A DNA stretch of 41,089 nucleotides from Novosphingobium sp. GTDB taxonomy: Bacteria > Pseudomonadota > Alphaproteobacteria > Sphingomonadales > Sphingomonadaceae. How positions within the stretch are numbered: position 1 is the first letter of the stretch; every line of letters begins with the position of its first letter. The DNA is taken from assembly GCA_044379435.1 (NCBI GenBank), contig JBIPOH010000001.1, positions 1 to 41,089 on the forward strand. The letters run 5' to 3'. Position numbers and translations under genes: made by a program. This document shows, one piece after another, positions 1 to 9,014 of this stretch. The notes beneath the pieces were generated by a model. That model was not told where the DNA came from. It ran no database searches and saw only the letters and a program-made list of their open reading frames with translations.

Positions 1-51
1 GGGCTAGCCCCCCTTGCACCTCGCCCAAACCGCATTACCCTCTCCCCTGTC

Positions 52-546
52 ATGAAGCCCACGTCCTTCCGATCCCGCCTGCGCGCGTTTCGCGAGATGC
101 GCTGCGATCCGCCGGATCCCGGCTTCATTGCCGATCTCGAATTCCTTGAGAACCGCGATCTCGATCTATCGGTGCGGCTGGGCGCGATGCTGGGCTTCAA
201 CGCGCTGATGATCACCATCGGCACGCATCCGATCTCGGCCAGCCCCGGCGCGCCGCTTTCAGTCGATGCCGCCACCCAGCCGGTGCTGGTCATCGCCAGC
301 CTCATCGGCCTTGCTCCGCTGATCGTCTCCTGCTTCCTCGCGCTGCGCGCGATGCTGCTGGGCGAGGAGTTCGATGCCGAGGGCCTCGAAGGCGATGCCG
401 CGCTGCGCCAGCGCCTGTTCGCCAGCTTCGTGCACTCCATCGATGCGCAGGCGCGGCACTTGCGCCTCGCCATCCGCTGGACGATCGCTGGCGGCGCGCT
501 CACCCTGCTGGTGTGGGCGGCCATCCTACTGGAAAAGCTGGTCTGA
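52..546 (+). CDS. hypothetical membrane protein
   Basis: 164-aa ORF with ATG start, about three hydrophobic segments and GC-rich codon usage; converges on the sulfatase gene. Confidence 0.7.
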   Translation: MKPTSFRSRLRAFREMRCDPPDPGFIADLEFLENRDLDLSVRLGAMLGFNALMITIGTHPISASPGAPLSVDAATQPVLVIASLIGLAPLIVSCFLALRAMLLGEEFDAEGLEGDAALRQRLFASFVHSIDAQARHLRLAIRWTIAGGALTLLVWAAILLEKLV

Positions 547-564
547 CCGCCCGGTACAGCGCGC

Positions 565-2565
565 TCAGGGCTCGGCGATATTGAACGCCCCCGGCATCGG
601 ATCGAGCGCCGCCAGCCATGCCTCGACCGCTGCCCGGTCCCCTTCCACTTTCAGCCCTGCCGCTTCCAGCTGGGCCAATGGCAGTTTCAGGAACAGCAGC
701 CCCAGCAGCATCCGGCGCGGAGCAGTCAGCGTGGCCGCCGCGCTGCTCGCCGCCCCCATTCGCGCCAGCATGGCCGTGCCGGTCAGCTCCACGCCCGCCG
801 TCTCGCCGCGTTCGGGCATCACGAGGTTGATCGCCATGCGCCGCCCCGCCAGCTTTGCCGGATCGAGCCGGGTTGCCACCGAATCGAGCAGCAGCTGTGT
901 CGGTACCGCTGCGATCATGTCCTGGTTCTGGCTCGAAATCGCAGAGGAAATCCGCCCGTTGCGCAGTTCGCTCGCGGCGGCGAGGAACTGGTTGCGCCAG
1001 ATCGCGCTTTCCGCCTGATAGCCCTGCTGCTCATAGCTGTCGGCCAGCAAGGCCTTCGCCGCCTTGTTCGCAGGATCTGCAAACACTGCCGCGCTGAGCA
1101 GCTCGGAGGCCCAGCGGTAATCGCCCGCCTTCATGGCCGCCCGGCCCTGCGCCAGCACTTTCGCCGCCCCGCCGATGGCTGCCACCAGCCGCTTCGCCCG
1201 CTCCGCCGCAGGCCATGGGTTCAGGTTCGCCGGCACCGCATCATACCAGCCGAGGTAGAACTGGTAGACCGCCTTCGCGTTGTGATTGTACGTGCCGTAG
1301 TAGCCGTGGTTGAACCAGTCTGCCGCCAGCGCCGCGGGCTGCACCAAAGCCTCGGCGATCTCTGCAGGAGTCTCACCCCGGTTCATCAACCGTAGCGTCT
1401 GATCGTGCAGCACGCGGTAGTTGTCGCGCTGGCTCCCCAGCATATGGCTCACTTCGGCCTGTCCGAAGCGCGGCCAGCAATGGCTGGAGATGATCACGTC
1501 GCTGCGCGTGCCATAAAGCCGCAGCGCCTCGTCGAGGTAGCCTGCCCAGGCCCGGGTGTCGCGCACCTTGGCCCCGCGCGGGGTGAGGATGTTGTGCAGC
1601 GTGCAAGTGCTCATTTCCGCCGAAAGCAGCACTTTCGGCCCCGGCAGATAGACGTTGAGCTCGCTGGGCGCCTCGCTGCCCGAAACGATCTGGAACTCCA
1701 TTGCCACGCCGTCCACGTTACGCGTCTCGCCGGTGCGGCTGATGGTGTCGGTCGGCGTGATCAGCGTGATCGTGCCCGATGAAACGGCAATCCCGATGCC
1801 GCTGCCCATCTGCCCTTGGGCGCCAGGCGTCAGACCCCCGCCAAACTGGTACTGCGCGCGGCGGCCCATCGCCGCCCCCGCCAGAATGTTTTCGCTCGCC
1901 GCTTCCTCGATGAAGTGCGCTGGGGCCAGCACTTGCACCTTGCCCGCCGCCGCGTCCGCCTCGGCAACAACGCCGCGCACCCCGCCGAAATGGTCGGCAT
2001 GGCTGTGGCTGTAGATCACCGCCGAAACCGGCCGCGCGCCCAATTGTGCATTGACCAGCGCCAGCGCTGCCGCCGCCGTTTCGCGCGTCGTCAGCGGATC
2101 GACCAGCACCCAGCCGGTCTGCCCCCGGATCACCGTCATGTTGGCAGCATCGAACCCGCGCACCTGCCACACCCCGTCCGCCACAGCGAACAGGCCATGC
2201 TTCTTCAGCAAGCCTACTTCGCGCCACAGCGAGGGGTTAACGCTGGCAGGCGCAGGACCTTGCACCCAGTCGTAAGCGGCCATGTTCCACACCGGCCTGC
2301 CCGCCCCATCGCGGATCACCGGATCGGCAGCGCTTGCCACAAACCCTTGCGCCGCAAACGCCGCGTCGCGCCCATCGTCCTGCGGCAATGCGGCCGCCGC
2401 CGCCTGCTGCGCTGCCACGGTCGCTGCACTCGCCGTTTTCGGCGCCAGCGCGGGATCAGCAGGTGCGGCGCTTTGCGCCAATACCGGTGCGATCCGGCAC
2501 AGCGCCAGAACCGCCACTGCCGCAAAGGTAAACCGCCGCGTCTGGCTGCGTGCCACTGGGTGCAT
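565..2565 (-). CDS. alkyl/aryl sulfatase, SdsA1/Pisa1-type (MBL fold, dimerisation domain, SCP2-like C-terminus), secreted
   Basis: HSHADH MBL motif, plus GFDAANMT, SSHCWP and GYYGTYNHN motifs; signal peptide; start moved to ATG 2565 behind a CAGGAGAGGA RBS. Confidence 0.9.
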   Translation of the reverse strand: MHPVARSQTRRFTFAAVAVLALCRIAPVLAQSAAPADPALAPKTASAATVAAQQAAAAALPQDDGRDAAFAAQGFVASAADPVIRDGAGRPVWNMAAYDWVQGPAPASVNPSLWREVGLLKKHGLFAVADGVWQVRGFDAANMTVIRGQTGWVLVDPLTTRETAAAALALVNAQLGARPVSAVIYSHSHADHFGGVRGVVAEADAAAGKVQVLAPAHFIEEAASENILAGAAMGRRAQYQFGGGLTPGAQGQMGSGIGIAVSSGTITLITPTDTISRTGETRNVDGVAMEFQIVSGSEAPSELNVYLPGPKVLLSAEMSTCTLHNILTPRGAKVRDTRAWAGYLDEALRLYGTRSDVIISSHCWPRFGQAEVSHMLGSQRDNYRVLHDQTLRLMNRGETPAEIAEALVQPAALAADWFNHGYYGTYNHNAKAVYQFYLGWYDAVPANLNPWPAAERAKRLVAAIGGAAKVLAQGRAAMKAGDYRWASELLSAAVFADPANKAAKALLADSYEQQGYQAESAIWRNQFLAAASELRNGRISSAISSQNQDMIAAVPTQLLLDSVATRLDPAKLAGRRMAINLVMPERGETAGVELTGTAMLARMGAASSAAATLTAPRRMLLGLLFLKLPLAQLEAAGLKVEGDRAAVEAWLAALDPMPGAFNIAEP

Positions 2566-2745
2566 CTTTATCCTCTCCTGTCGTTCTTTTGCCGCCAGCT
2601 TGTCCGCGAATGCACGAACTGACAAGTGGGTGGCGACGGTCAGGCTGCCGGGCCAGTACCGGGCACATAGTCAGGATCACTTATGCTGCATTGCAACGCG
2701 CGGCATTGTGGTGCATGCCGTGCGCCGGCAAAGAGCAGGTCAGGC

Positions 2746-3795
2746 ATGCATGCGATCGTTTCGCTACGGACCCAGTACACGAACCTTGGCGACCTCCTGA
2801 TCAATATCCTGCTCGTTTCCAGCCTTGCTGCGCAGTGCCAGGTGATCTGCGATGCTGCGGGCGTACCAGACGATTATCTTGCCGAATTTAAGGCAGAGCT
2901 TTCTGCGCGCGGAGTTGCGGCGGAGTTTGTCCCCAGCCGCCCCGGCCTGATCTTGCGCACCTTGCGCCTCGTTGCCGGGGGCCAACCGGTGGTCTTCCTC
3001 CTCTCACCGGGAGACAACCTGCCCTCGCGCAGCCCGCAGCGGCTCGTGATCGGGTTGTTGACACGGCTCCTCCCGCGCCTGTTCATCGCGCAAGTCGGTG
3101 CTTCCTGGCCCGCCGTGGGCGGCGCAGACCGCTTTCTGCTGCGCGGCGCAGCAAAGCGCCCCGACCTGCTTTCGGTGCGCGATGAAGCCTCGCAGGCGCG
3201 ACTGCAAGCGGTCGGCGTCGCCCCCCGCATCGTCCCCGATCTCGCCTTTCTCCAGCCGTTGTCCCACCATGCCGGGCGGCGCTTCATGATGACCTTCCGC
3301 GAGCGCGCCGAACTGCCCTTCGATGCGCTCGTTGCGCGCCTCGCGCCGCTGATTGCTGCAGCGCGCGCGGCCGGTCTGGTCCCCGGCTTCTGCTGGCAGG
3401 TCTCCAGCGATGAGGCGCTCGCCCGCAAGCTCGCCGCCGCCTGCGACGTCGAGGTATTCCAGACCGCGCCGGGCCGCACTACGCTGCCAGTGATGCGTGA
3501 ACTCTATCATCAGGGCGCGGTGATCTGCAGCAACCGGCTCCACGCCCTGCTGATCGGTGCGGCCAACGGCGCCTTGCCGCTGGCTTGCCTTTCGGCGGCA
3601 GACGGGAAAGTCTCGGCAGCCTTTGCTGCAGCCGGGCTGGGCAGTCTTGTCGCCCATGATCCCGCTGACGATGCCCGCGTGCTCGGCGCGCTGCTCCAGT
3701 CGCCCGAGGAAAGCCGCCACACCGTGGAAACCGCCTTCGCAAAGGCTGCGACCGGTCTTCACGCCTACTTCCAGTCGATGGCCGCCGCGCAATGA
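2746..3795 (+). CDS. polysaccharide pyruvyl transferase family protein
   Basis: NLGD near the N-terminus, SVRDEAS, VPDLAF and SNRLHALL motifs typical of the family; start taken at ATG 2746. Confidence 0.75.
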   Translation: MHAIVSLRTQYTNLGDLLINILLVSSLAAQCQVICDAAGVPDDYLAEFKAELSARGVAAEFVPSRPGLILRTLRLVAGGQPVVFLLSPGDNLPSRSPQRLVIGLLTRLLPRLFIAQVGASWPAVGGADRFLLRGAAKRPDLLSVRDEASQARLQAVGVAPRIVPDLAFLQPLSHHAGRRFMMTFRERAELPFDALVARLAPLIAAARAAGLVPGFCWQVSSDEALARKLAAACDVEVFQTAPGRTTLPVMRELYHQGAVICSNRLHALLIGAANGALPLACLSAADGKVSAAFAAAGLGSLVAHDPADDARVLGALLQSPEESRHTVETAFAKAATGLHAYFQSMAAAQ

Positions 3796-5048
3796 TCGCA
3801 AAGGCTTCGGGCAAGCTGCGCATGCTGAGCAATGCGGGCCTGTTCGCCGCGGCCCGGCTCATCCAGATCGTGGTGATCCTTGTCGCCACGCGCACGATGA
3901 CAAAGGACAACGCCGGCGGGGTGCTCTATCTCCTCGGCTACCTCACGCTCGCCCAGTCGGTCTGCTCGCTCGGCCTTGAATACTACGGCAACTACCACTT
4001 CCCCCGGCTGAAGCGGCGCGGCCGCCTGAACGAGGCGTGGCAATTTCTGGCGCTTGTCCTGCTGGTGGCAGTGCCGCTCGGCGCCGTCAGCACGCTTGGC
4101 CTGCTCACCTACGGCGAGATCCTGCAGGATGCCTCACTGGGCTGGATCATGCTGGCTGTCGCGCTTGCCATCGTTGCCAGCACGGTGCGCCGGGTGTCGC
4201 GCACGGTACTGGTCGCCTCCAACCAGCGCGCGGTGGCGCTGCTGCACGATACGCTGCTGTTCAACCTTGCGCTGATCGCGGCCATCGTGGTGGTTCGGCC
4301 CGCTGCAATGGCGCAAAGTGCCGCACTGATTGCCGCTGCATCCGGCGTGGCGTTTGTCGCTGCACTGTTCTCGGTTGGGCGCACGCTCGGCCTTTCGCCG
4401 GCCTCCGCCAGCCTGTGGGGCGGGCGGCGCAAATCACTGGCGACCGTGCGGCGGGCCATGCCGGCCTTCATCGCGCAGAGCGCACCGCTGATCCTCAACC
4501 GCGCCGACGTGCTGCTGATCGCACCGCTCGCCAGTGTGGCCGATGTCGCCAGCTACAGCGTGGCGATCCGCCTGACTTTCGCGATCTCGGTGTTCATGGA
4601 GCTGGAGGTCATGCTCTACGGGCCGAAGCTGCTGAACAGCACCAGTCTCGACAAGCCGGGCCTGCGCAAGCTGTGCCGCAAGGTGATGCTGGAATCCGCC
4701 GCCGTCGCCTTCGCTGCAGGGTTGATCCTGATCCTGTTTGCCAAGCCGCTGATCGTGCTGCTGTTCGGCGCGGAATATGCCGATGCCACGCTGATCTTTC
4801 AGGTGCTCGTGCTGGGCAAGATGCTCACTGCACCGTTCCTGCCGATCCAGACGATCTTTGCAGCGCACGGCCAGTCGCGCAGCGTCGCGCGCATCCTGCT
4901 GGTCGGCGCGGCCACCAGCCTGGTCCTCTTCCTGTTCCTGATCCCGCGCTATGGCGCGCTGGGCGCGGCCATCGCCACCAGCGCCACGCTGGTCATCCTC
5001 AGCATCGGCTATGTCCGCCTGCTCACCCGGATGCTGAGGCCTGCCTAG
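3792..5048 (+). CDS. oligosaccharide flippase (Wzx/MOP superfamily)
   Basis: About 12 TM segments, RADVLLI...VASYSVA and LIPRYGALGAAIAT motifs; ATGA overlap with the upstream gene. Confidence 0.8.
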   Translation: MIAKASGKLRMLSNAGLFAAARLIQIVVILVATRTMTKDNAGGVLYLLGYLTLAQSVCSLGLEYYGNYHFPRLKRRGRLNEAWQFLALVLLVAVPLGAVSTLGLLTYGEILQDASLGWIMLAVALAIVASTVRRVSRTVLVASNQRAVALLHDTLLFNLALIAAIVVVRPAAMAQSAALIAAASGVAFVAALFSVGRTLGLSPASASLWGGRRKSLATVRRAMPAFIAQSAPLILNRADVLLIAPLASVADVASYSVAIRLTFAISVFMELEVMLYGPKLLNSTSLDKPGLRKLCRKVMLESAAVAFAAGLILILFAKPLIVLLFGAEYADATLIFQVLVLGKMLTAPFLPIQTIFAAHGQSRSVARILLVGAATSLVLFLFLIPRYGALGAAIATSATLVILSIGYVRLLTRMLRPA

Positions 5049-5067
5049 CGCCTTTCCGGGCAGATGT

Positions 5068-6042
5068 TCAGCTTGCCTGGGGCGCCCCAGGCTTTGCCCC
5101 AAACCGGCCCGACTTGCGGAAGCGCACCATCCAGCGATCGAGGAACAGCCCTAGCGGCCGCGCCTGCACACCCAGTTCGGCAAGGCCGGGCAGCGTACCG
5201 CTGGCCACATTGCCCTGGCGCAGCAGGATCCACTGGTCGCGGCTCATCGGCGCGCCCGGCAGCCAGCCGGTGAGCGCGACGAACAGCGACGACATGCCAT
5301 CGGAAAGATCGAGGAAGCGTGGCGAACGGCCCGCCGCCTTGGCGATGCGGCGGTTGAGATCGCCAATGGTGATCACTTCCGGCCCGCCGAGTTCGAACGT
5401 CTGCCCGGAAAATTGCGCGGGTGTGGCCAGCGCATTGGCGATGGCATCGGCCACATCATCCACGAACACCGGCTGAAACGGCGAATCAGCCGCAAACACC
5501 GGCATGACCGGCGCGCTGGCGATCAGCCCAGCAAACAGGTTGATGAACGCGTCATCCTCGCCAAACACGACTGAGGGGCGCAGCACCACCGCTTCGGGGA
5601 ACGCGGCCAGCACCGCCGCCTCGCCCGCTGCCTTCGAACTGGCATAGCCGACCGGCGAGCTCGCATCGGCCCCGATAGCGGAGACATGAACGAACGCCTT
5701 CGCCCCCTTGGCCCGCGCAATCGCCGCCAGCTGCCCGGCGCCCGAACCCTGCACCGCGTCGAGCTTGCCCTTGAACACGCCAACGAGGTTCACCACCGCA
5801 TCGCAGCCCGTCAGCGCCACTTCCAGCGTATGCGGCTTGGTCACGTCGGCCGCCACGAGCTGCACGTTGCCCAGCCCGCCGAGTGTCTTGACCCGGAAGC
5901 CGCGCTCCGGATGGCGGCTGCAGACGCGAATCCGCGCGCCGCGCGCCAGCAGCGCCTGCGCCACATGGGTACCGATGAAACCGCTGCCACCCACCAGTGC
6001 AATCAGCTGCCCATCGAGATCGCGCGTCATGTCCTTGCTCAT
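5068..6042 (-). CDS. complex I NDUFA9-like NAD(P)-dependent epimerase/dehydratase (atypical SDR)
   Basis: GGSGFIG Rossmann motif, VVNLVG, YASSK and LRPSVVFGEDD; start at ATG 6042 (6057 also possible). Confidence 0.88.
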   Translation of the reverse strand: MSKDMTRDLDGQLIALVGGSGFIGTHVAQALLARGARIRVCSRHPERGFRVKTLGGLGNVQLVAADVTKPHTLEVALTGCDAVVNLVGVFKGKLDAVQGSGAGQLAAIARAKGAKAFVHVSAIGADASSPVGYASSKAAGEAAVLAAFPEAVVLRPSVVFGEDDAFINLFAGLIASAPVMPVFAADSPFQPVFVDDVADAIANALATPAQFSGQTFELGGPEVITIGDLNRRIAKAAGRSPRFLDLSDGMSSLFVALTGWLPGAPMSRDQWILLRQGNVASGTLPGLAELGVQARPLGLFLDRWMVRFRKSGRFGAKPGAPQAS

Positions 6043-6143
6043 CGTTGTTCGACCCATGTCCGGTTGCCGGTCGCCCTTGCCACACAAGCGCCGCCCACTT
6101 CAATGGCTTACCACGTCCGCGCCCAGACAAATGCAAACCCCGG

Positions 6144-6172
6144 TTGACTCGCGCCAGACCCTGCCCTATCGG
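6144..6172 (+). promoter_or_regulatory. sigma70-type promoter for tRNA-Leu
   Basis: TTGACT-N17-TATCGG about 45 nt upstream of the tRNA; a -10 lacking the -7T is common in Alphaproteobacteria. Confidence 0.55.
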
Positions 6173-6216
6173 CGCCCTCCTACCCGGCGAAGAGCGCTGC
6201 TGCTCCTCGCTACCGT

Positions 6217-6303
6217 GCCCAGATGGCGGAATTGGTAGACGCACCAGCTTCAGGTGCTGGCGCTCGCAAGGGCGTGGAGGTTCGAGTCCTCTTCTGGGCA
6301 CCA
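6217..6303 (+). tRNA. tRNA-Leu (CAG)
   Basis: GCCCAGA/TCTGGGC acceptor stem, GGAATTGGTAGAC D-arm, CCAGC-TT-CAG-GT-GCTGG anticodon arm, long variable arm, GGTTCGAGTCC T-arm, encoded CCA. Confidence 0.98.
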
Positions 6304-6310
6304 TCGCTTC

Positions 6311-6338
6311 CTCCGGACATGTCCATAAATGTCCGGAG
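6311..6338. repeat. 10-bp inverted repeat just downstream of the tRNA
   Basis: CTCCGGACAT-gtccataa-ATGTCCGGAG. Confidence 0.7.
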
Positions 6339-6464
6339 AGATCCCCAAAATCAGGCATCGCCCGGCTGTTGTCGCGCCGCTTGTGTGGCTGTCTATCAGG
6401 CTCGCATGCCAGCAACACCGGTGACTGCCGCATAGGCCCGCCATCGCAGGTTGCGCGGTTGCTG

Positions 6465-6520
6465 CATTACAGGAGTTTAACCTGTCGGTATTCCTTGCGT
6501 GATGCAGGCATCCTTATAAC
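6465..6520 (+). promoter_or_regulatory. UzcR/CopR-like activator box plus -10 element of the candidate sRNA
   Basis: CATTAC-aggagt-TTAAC (6465-6481), then 33 nt, then TATAAC (6515-6520). Confidence 0.7.
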
Positions 6521-6527
6521 CGCCTTT

Positions 6528-6615
6528 ACCGGCTGGCTGCTTCCCTCCCTCCCCTGACTGGCCACCGGCAGTTGATGCGGCATCCGGCTTCCCCCCTCCG
6601 GATGCCGCATTTTTT
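6528..6615 (+). ncRNA. candidate trans-acting sRNA with two C-rich (anti-SD) loops
   Basis: Hairpin 1 CCGG(C)TGGC...GCCACCGG with a CTTCCCTCCCTCCCC loop; hairpin 2 is a 13-bp perfect stem with a CTTCCCCCCT loop and T6 tail; has its own promoter and no convincing ORF. Confidence 0.65.
6575..6615 (+). terminator. Rho-independent terminator
   Basis: ATGCGGCATCCGG-cttcccccct-CCGGATGCCGCAT-TTTTT. Confidence 0.85.
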
Positions 6616-6960
6616 CGCCATCAGAGCCATCACCGCCGGGCGAGCGGCGCCAGCACACTTGGGCATCACCCTTCTGTCATGCGGTCCCAAGTGCACCGAG
6701 AAAGGCCGGGTTCAACCCGCCCGGCAGCATGTCAACCAGATCAAGGTGGGTTTGGGACAATGCCGGCTGCGCCTCGCTGGCAGCATACACTGGCCAGTTG
6801 GGCTGCCGCGTGCCGGGCCTGATCGCGGTGACGGATGCGGCGCATCAGCTTGCCGTCACACCCGTCCCCGCTTTGATGCTCTGCCTGCATTGACGCCGAA
6901 CCGACCTGCGATTGTGCCCTTGGTGCAGAACCTGACGACGCACCCCGACGTCATCTGGCT

Positions 6961-8322
6961 CTAGAGGATCGGCAACCGCAGGATGACGACGAGCCCGCGC
7001 GGCTCTCCTCCCGGATTGCCGGCGGCGAGTTGCAGTTCGCCCCCATGCAAATGGGCAATCGTGCCAACCAATGAAAGCCCCAATCCGGAACCGCTTTGCG
7101 TGCGGGCCGCGTCGAGCCGCCCGAAGCGCTTGAGCGCCTCTTCCAGGCGGTCATCCGGTATGCCGGGACCGTCATCGTTCACGGCAATCTGCTTGCCCCC
7201 GTCCGCATATTTCAGCGCATTGTCGATCAGGTTGCTGAGCGCCTGCATGAGCAGATCGCGGTGACCCAGAACCATAAGCCCGTGCGCGCTTTCGGCAGAC
7301 AGCACGAAACCCGCGTCTTCCGCCACCGGCCCATAGATTTCGACCAGATTGTCCAGCGCCTTGCCCAGATCGAACCGCGTGAACTGGTCGCGGCCAATCC
7401 CCGCTTCGGCCCGGCTGATCTGAAGCGCGGTGTCGAGCATGCGGTGCAGCCCGTCCGCCTCCTCGATCGCTTCGCCCAGAACCGCTTGTGCGGCTGGATC
7501 GCGCGTCCGGCCAAGGCCGCGCTCCAGTGTCGACTTCATGCGCGAGACGGGCGAGCGCAGATCATGGGCCATCGAATCGGTCACCATCCGGAGCTCGCGA
7601 ACGAGGCTTTCGATGCGCTGGAGCATGCCGTTGATCGTCGACCCGAGCCGGTCAAACGCATCCCCCGTCTCGCCCCGCTCAACCCGAGCGGCGAGATTGC
7701 CGGCATCGATTGCCCGCGCCACGCCGGAAAACTGGTCGATCCGTTCTTCGAGGAAGCGCGAGAAGAACCATGCGATGACAGCGGCCAGAACAAGACTCGC
7801 CATCAGCGCATAGAGCATGGCCGTCTCGCTCGCCCGCGTCAGCGCGAGCTGGCCTTCAAGGACCTGACCGGTGAGCAAGGTATACCCTTTGCCAAGGCGC
7901 ATGGTGACCACGCCCATCTCTTCGGGCGCACGCCCACCTTCGCGATAGAGGCTGATCGTGCGCCAGCGCTCGGTATCGCTCACGGTTGAGGGCCATGCGC
8001 CGAGATTGCCGATCACCCGGGTGCCGTCCGGCGCGCGCAGGAACACGACGTAATCGCGGTTTTCCGAGGCAAGGATCTCTTCAGCAATGTTGCTTTTGGC
8101 CCGCGCCAGCCCTCCGTCGCGAAAGTCATCAGCGATATTGCTCTGCGCGAATTCTGCTGTCCGGCGCGCATCGCCCATGATGGTCTGGCTGGTAAGGCCG
8201 TACATCATGTAGAGGCCCAGCCCCAGCGAAACGCATTGGGCCAGCGTGAAGATCAGGACAAAGCGCGCAATGCTGGTGCTGTGGAACAGGCGCCGTTTCA
8301 TCCCATCGGGCCGGCCGGTCAA
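6961..8322 (-). CDS. membrane sensor histidine kinase (HAMP-HisKA-HATPase), with an apparent internal deletion in the HATPase domain
   Basis: Two TM segments, HAMP domain, H-box AHDLRSP, N-box NLIDNALKY, G1 DDGPG, G2 GSGLGL; start is TTG 8322 or ATG 8301. Confidence 0.92.
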   Translation of the reverse strand: MTGRPDGMKRRLFHSTSIARFVLIFTLAQCVSLGLGLYMMYGLTSQTIMGDARRTAEFAQSNIADDFRDGGLARAKSNIAEEILASENRDYVVFLRAPDGTRVIGNLGAWPSTVSDTERWRTISLYREGGRAPEEMGVVTMRLGKGYTLLTGQVLEGQLALTRASETAMLYALMASLVLAAVIAWFFSRFLEERIDQFSGVARAIDAGNLAARVERGETGDAFDRLGSTINGMLQRIESLVRELRMVTDSMAHDLRSPVSRMKSTLERGLGRTRDPAAQAVLGEAIEEADGLHRMLDTALQISRAEAGIGRDQFTRFDLGKALDNLVEIYGPVAEDAGFVLSAESAHGLMVLGHRDLLMQALSNLIDNALKYADGGKQIAVNDDGPGIPDDRLEEALKRFGRLDAARTQSGSGLGLSLVGTIAHLHGGELQLAAGNPGGEPRGLVVILRLPIL

Positions 8323-9014
8323 TCGGGATCGCCAAGGATGTACCCGGCACCCCGAATGGTCTGGATCAGCGGTCTGTCAAAGCCGTCCTCAAGTTTGCGG
8401 CGCAGCCGGCTCATATGCACATCGACGACATTGGTGCCGGGATCGAAGTGATACTCCCACACGCCCTCCAGCATCATAGTGCGCGTGACGACCGTGTTCT
8501 TGTGGCGGAGCAGGTATTCGAGCAGCCGGAACTCGCGCGGCTGCAGGTCGATCCTCTGGCCCGCGCGGCGCACTTGCCGGTTGAGCAGGTTCATTTCCAG
8601 ATCGCCGTGCGAAAGGGTGGTTTCAATCTCGCCCCTGCCCGAGGCCTTTGCCATAAGCAGCTTCAGGCGAGCCAGAAGTTCGGAAAAGGCGAACGGCTTG
8701 GACAGGTAATCATTGGCACCCGAGGTCAGCCCTTCAACCCGCGCATCAACCGAGCTCAGCGCCGATAGGATGATGACCGGGGTTTCGACCTTGGCCGCGC
8801 GCATGGCCGCAAGCACGGCCATGCCGTCCATGCCGGGCAGCATCCGGTCGAGCACGATCGCATCGTAGCTGCCGTCTGTCGCGTGGAACAGGCCGTCGCG
8901 GCCATCGGCGGCCTTGTCCACGACATAGCCTTCATCGGTCAGGCCCTTGGCGATGAAGTCCGCCGTGCGGGCGTCGTCTTCGACGATCAGTACCTTTCTC
9001 GACATCGTGCTCAT
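8319..9014 (-). CDS. OmpR-family response regulator (CusR/CzcR/UzcR-like)
   Basis: VEDD, VLDRMLP (phospho-acceptor Asp), KPF, and wHTH with TNVVDVHMSRLR and TIRGAGY; ATGA overlap with the PDZ gene. Confidence 0.95.
   Translation of the reverse strand: MSTMSRKVLIVEDDARTADFIAKGLTDEGYVVDKAADGRDGLFHATDGSYDAIVLDRMLPGMDGMAVLAAMRAAKVETPVIILSALSSVDARVEGLTSGANDYLSKPFAFSELLARLKLLMAKASGRGEIETTLSHGDLEMNLLNRQVRRAGQRIDLQPREFRLLEYLLRHKNTVVTRTMMLEGVWEYHFDPGTNVVDVHMSRLRRKLEDGFDRPLIQTIRGAGYILGDPD

Noticed and set aside
33-38. CATTAC upstream of the first gene as a fourth regulon box
   Set aside because: The second half-site (TKTAA) is absent
6572-6964. 130-aa ORF between the sRNA and the kinase
   Set aside because: Starts inside a terminator hairpin, with no RBS and no protein-like features; I could not recognise an integrase fragment here either
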